This document shows positions 1 through 64,000 of a stretch of DNA of 64,000 nt, piece after piece. This DNA is from the human T2T-CHM13v2.0 reference genome, Homo sapiens. The translations under genes were made by a program, and so were the position numbers. The notes beneath the pieces are model-generated. The model had not been told where the DNA came from. It worked only from the letters and a program-made list of their open reading frames with translations, and did no database searches. The stretch is taken from NCBI RefSeq assembly GCF_009914755.1, contig NC_060938.1. One strand, written 5' to 3'. Numbering within the stretch: position 1 is the first letter of the stretch; each line of letters starts with the position of its first letter.

Positions 1-567
1 AGAATCAAACCTATGAAAGGAAGTGGCAGATAGCAGGATTGGGCAGAGTGGGAAGTCAAACTGCAATGCAGGCCCTGCAAAGACTCAGTCAACCCAACAG
101 GAAGCTCTAGGTGAGAAATGCCCATCAGGTTGTCCCACATGAGGCTGAAATGACTCTGCCTTTGTACCCTCTTGTTTATTCACTAGATTCACTGGATCAC
201 CCAGGAAGGGGTGATCTTGGGTAAGGTCATATGCTAAATGATCCTGAAATGCAGGCTCTATTAGATTTTTTTGAAGAATATAAAAATCTTAGCTCTGAGA
301 GAGCAGGCTTCCTACTGATCATTGTTTTTGGAAAACAAACAAACTTCCTTTACTTAGGACCTTGAAAGCAAAAGTCCTTCCTTCACTTTAGCTTGCTCAG
401 GAGCTGGGTATTTGTCTCTGCGGGTGCTGGTATAGGTCTCTGCAGCTGAGGCAGGCCCTGACATAGCTGCCAGTGGAGGCTGTTTACTAACTGTACTCCC
501 TGTAGGTGGGCAGAAAGTCCTATCTTGGCGAGCGGATGTGGAGGGCCATCTCCATCTCTTCCCCACA
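1..567. mobile_element. Old ERVL LTR (LTR16-like) interrupted by repeat copy 1
   Basis: Resembles recalled LTR16 motifs (GCAGGATTGGGCAGAG...GAAGTCAAACTGCAATGCAG; TCTCTGCAGCTGAGGC); similar sequence at 13388-14030. Confidence 0.5.
233..416 (+). repeat. Direct repeat copy 1 (~185 bp) of 2298-2489
   Basis: About 12 substitutions and one 8-bp indel versus copy 2, counted by eye. Confidence 0.92.
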
Positions 568-945
568 AGTCTAAAATCTTAATCTCTCCTGGGTCTTATC
601 TCTCACTACACACACATCATACCATGGGAACTGTTTCCAAAGGCTCTATCCTCATCCATAGTAAAATCCCTCTAGATTAATCAGTTCTCCTTATCCCAAT
701 ACCTTCTAATTAAATTTCTGTGTCTTATAAATTGCCAGAGTAACAGGCAGATGTTGGAGGAAATATGTTGCCACTTTAGGAAATCTGAGATACTAAGAGA
801 GAAGACTGTACTATATATATAGTATCAGAAATAACATCACCAAGCGGTAGAAGGGCAGCATTCATGATTCTGTCTTTATATTCTCATGGAAAGGGTTGCT
901 CTGTGATTCTATGTCTAGGTACTGAATATGTGTGGCTTTGAGGGT

Positions 946-947
<2 letters not shown>

Positions 948-989
<42 letters not shown>

Positions 990-1284
990 TTTGAGACGGA
1001 CTCTCGCTCTGTCGCCCAGGCTGGAGTGCAGTGACAGTCATAACTCACTGCAGTTTTGAACCGCTGGATTCAAGAGATCCTCCTGCTTTAGCCTCCCAGG
1101 TAGCTAGGACTACAGCATGTGCCACTATATCTGGCTCATTTAATCTTTCTTTTTTTATAGAGATGTGATCTCCCTATGTTGCTCAGGCTGCCCAGGCTGG
1201 TCTCGAACTCCTGGGCTCAAGTGATTCTCCTGCTTTGGCCTCTCAAAGTGCTGGGGTTACAGGCATGAGCCGCCATGGCTGGCT
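948..1284 (-). mobile_element. AluJ-like element with (TTA)n tail
   Basis: Alu body 990-1284 preceded by a TTA microsatellite. Confidence 0.9.
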
Positions 1285-2094
1285 GATGATTCATTCTTTG
1301 GCATTATGCAGTAAGTACTCTTACTTCCCATATGGTTTGTAAAGAATAGTATAGGCCTTCCAAATCAGTATTCCTGGCTGAGCTGTGTTACCATGACGCC
1401 TTCCTCAGTACTAACATTTAGCATTACATTTGATGAATTTGATATATTCTGCAAAATGCATCAGCAATTAGATAATATCTGGCTAAGTTAATATGACTAT
1501 TTTTCATAGTGAAAGTCACACTTTAGTTTCTTTTAACCAAATGCTCTTGTCCCTTTCATGTGCCGTCTCCTCATCCAGTTTGTTAGAGATAGTTCATCAA
1601 CATTGTGCTACCACATTTTCAGATATCTTGTTAAATTATAATTTAAATAATGATCTGAACATAAAATGAGATCATCTGAATGCATTAAGTAGCACGAGTG
1701 TGGGAGCATTTCTAATAGGAGCAAATCTCTCCAGACCGGCATCTTAGGCAAAAATTTTTCTTGACCGAAATCTCCCTCAGGCCAATGAATACCAAATTTA
1801 GATTTTGCTGGGCCCTTGCTGTTCTTAACTTAGAACATGATTAAGTCAATTACTTCTGAATTTATCCATAAATTCTTTATATTGTCTTTAATATTTAATA
1901 CAAAAACAAAGAGAGTTAAACTACATTAATTACTAAATGTTCTTGATTTAATACTGGATTTGGTAATATAAAATATGCAAATAACCCTGAGCTAAATTTT
2001 GACGCTGAAGAGCTGATCCTTCTTTAAATGTCCTTAACAACACAGCTTGTAGATTTGCAAAGGTACTCAAGAAACTAACCTACATCTTTTCTAA

Positions 2095-2242
2095 AAAAAT
2101 AGAGACAGGGTCTCACTCTGTCACGCAGGGTGGCATGCAGTGGTGTGACAATAGCTCACTCAGCCTCAAACTCCTGGGGTCAAGCAATCCTCCTGCCTCA
2201 GTCTCCCAAAGTGTTGGGATTACAGTTGTGAGGCACCTGGCC
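2095..2242 (-). mobile_element. Alu monomer (FLAM/FRAM-like)
   Basis: Single Alu arm. Confidence 0.8.
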
Positions 2243-2297
2243 TAACCTACACCTTTTTGTGTATGTATGCATACAACTGTGCAGTGCTCTGTTGCAA

Positions 2298-2489
2298 GCC
2301 AAATTATCCTGAAATGCATGCTCTATCAGATTCTTTTGAAGGATATCAAAATCTTAGCTCTGAGAGAGCGGGCTTCCTACTGATCATTGTTTTTTGAAAA
2401 CAAACCAACAAACAAACTTCCTTTACTTAGGATCTTGAAAGCAAAAGTCCTTCCTTCACTTTAGCTTGCTCGGGGGCTGGGTATTTGTC
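2298..2489 (+). repeat. Direct repeat copy 2 (probable source) of 233-416
   Basis: Shared ATCCTGAAATGCA...CTTAGCTCTGAGAGAGC...GCAAAAGTCCTTCCTTCACTTTAGCTTGCTC...GCTGGGTATTTGTC. Confidence 0.92.
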
Positions 2490-2777
2490 CTATTTGTGTC
2501 AGGCACTAGAGGGGAGTGTGACATCATACAAGTGCTGGGTTCTGACCTAAGAATCAGAAGACCAACTGTGTGCTCACTGATATGCCCAAATACAGTGAAA
2601 AAGTACAGCAAAGGAGGGCTTAGACAAATATTTTCCCAAGAATGAAATAGGACAACCATGGTTTCTGAAAATCGACTGAGACCTACAGTTTTACCCAAAA
2701 ATTTCCAATGTGGGATTTTGATCCTTTTTGAGTGACGGTAACCTTCAAATGACTGGATTTTCATAGCTTTATTTTAG

Positions 2778-3710
<933 letters not shown>

Positions 3711-4019
3711 AAAGACATATGCTTTCTTTTTTAAAAAAGAAAGCCAAACAATATAGGAAACTACAAAGAAGAAAATAAATACCAACGGAAATCACACTGT
3801 ATACTTCTACCATGTGGGGGGGCACTTATTCAGATATCTCTCTTTCATTCTCTGTCCACTTAAAGAAATATGCATACAGTTTTTAAAGCATGGAGTAATA
3901 CTCTACCTGCTGTTTCTGGAGTAGTATTGTTGTAGACAGAGTGACCTCTTTCAATGGCAGATGACTTGATTCTTGGTGGTAAAGCAAGTGGTTGGTTATA
4001 AGTATGGGGTCTCATTGTG

Positions 4020-4230
4020 CCTAGGTTAACATTTCTTTTCCACTCATATGTGCCATTGAGTAAGTGATTTAACCCATCTCTCTGTGCCTCAGTTTCCTTA
4101 TACACAAAAGTGGGGACGATAATATTACCTACCTCAGAGAGTTGGTGTGAAGGTTATATCAGATCATATATTTAAGTACTTACTTAAGACAGTACCTGGA
4201 ACATAGTAAGTACTTACTACATTTCAACTA
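4020..4230 (+). mobile_element. MIR
   Basis: Core motif CTCTGTGCCTCAGTTTCCTTAT...ACCTACCTCA. Confidence 0.75.
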
Positions 4231-4525
4231 TTGTTCTTAACTAAATAAGTTTTAACTTCATAGTAACAATAAGGGGTTTTTAAATAGAAAAGTGGAATCT
4301 TTTTAAAAATACTTTTCACCATATTTCAAAGCCATTCTTTTAACATAAATTATTACTCTTTTTGCACACAACTATATACGTTATCCACTGAAATTAGTAT
4401 TTGCAGGTAACTACCCTTTTGCGGAGGCCTACTTAAAAACTATCCTGTTGAACACAAGGTACCTTTAAGTGAGACAGTTTTACATGGGCTTCCTTTATAA
4501 CACATTAGTCCAACTAAAAATCCTT

Positions 4526-4596
4526 GTTAATTATTAAACCCTTAGGTATTACAGGAATACCTGACACTGCAGATTGAAAACAGACAGTGTTTGTCT
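4526..4596 (+). promoter_or_regulatory. MIA2 proximal promoter cluster: HNF1 site, STAT/GAS-like site, SMAD boxes
   Basis: GTTAATTATTAAA (4526-4538, 12/13 match to GTTAATNATTAAC), TTACAGGAA (4549-4557), CAGAC (4581-4585) and GTCT (4593-4596), 180-250 bp upstream of the ATG; consistent with known HNF1-dependent hepatocyte expression. Confidence 0.7.
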
Positions 4597-4775
4597 CTCA
4601 AGTTAAACCAACAAGCCGATAGAAAAAGGTAGTTATCAAGAGATTTTTAAAACTTCAACCCTTTTTCTCTTATAGTTAGTGAAGAGAGTAGAATATCTCC
4701 AGTTTTGGCTGACATCTCTACAACCTGAACAATTGGCTTAAACTTCACTTGGGATTCCCGGTTGCTTGTTTTAGC

Positions 4776-64000
<59,225 letters not shown>

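Noticed and set aside
4173-4220. Repeated TAAGTACTTA palindromes
   Set aside because: They are short and lie within a degenerate MIR tail.
4749-4775. TTG-initiated N-terminal extension of MIA2
   Set aside because: ATG 4776 has a strong Kozak context and directly starts the signal peptide.

Overview
Hominoid (very likely human) genomic DNA covering the 5' half of the MIA2/CTAGE5 locus on the + strand. I spliced the exons by hand using GT-AG boundaries and phases. MIA2 exons 1-6 (4776-23834, 629 codons) encode a signal peptide, an MIA/SH3-like domain and a long acidic lumenal region. They join in phase 0 to the shared transmembrane exon (47625-47756) and coiled-coil exons (49961-64000, running off the window), giving the TANGO1-like fusion protein TALI. 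The 23.8-kb intron 6 holds a CpG-island promoter and the cTAGE5 first exons (MELKSPEEE at 36058, a probable leader exon ending at 37190, MEEPGATPQ at 38123). Much of the rest is transposon-derived: dozens of Alus, L1PA/L1M pieces, a near-full-length SVA with TSD, ERV1/MaLR LTRs and DNA transposons. The most notable observations are: (1) a 40-nt fully base-paired hairpin with poly(A) and TSD in intron 1 that looks like an L1-mobilised copy of a short LTR promoter-proximal RNA; (2) an L1 nested in an L1 in an Alu, where the inner L1 stops exactly at the sequence homologous to its target; (3) a 27-nt in-frame micro-exon plus a 15-nt alternative donor that together add 14 residues to the coiled coil; (4) a ~185-bp local copy inserted into an old LTR upstream of the promoter; (5) uORFs on the cTAGE5 leaders. 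Repeat family names come from recalled consensus sequences and have not been checked by search.
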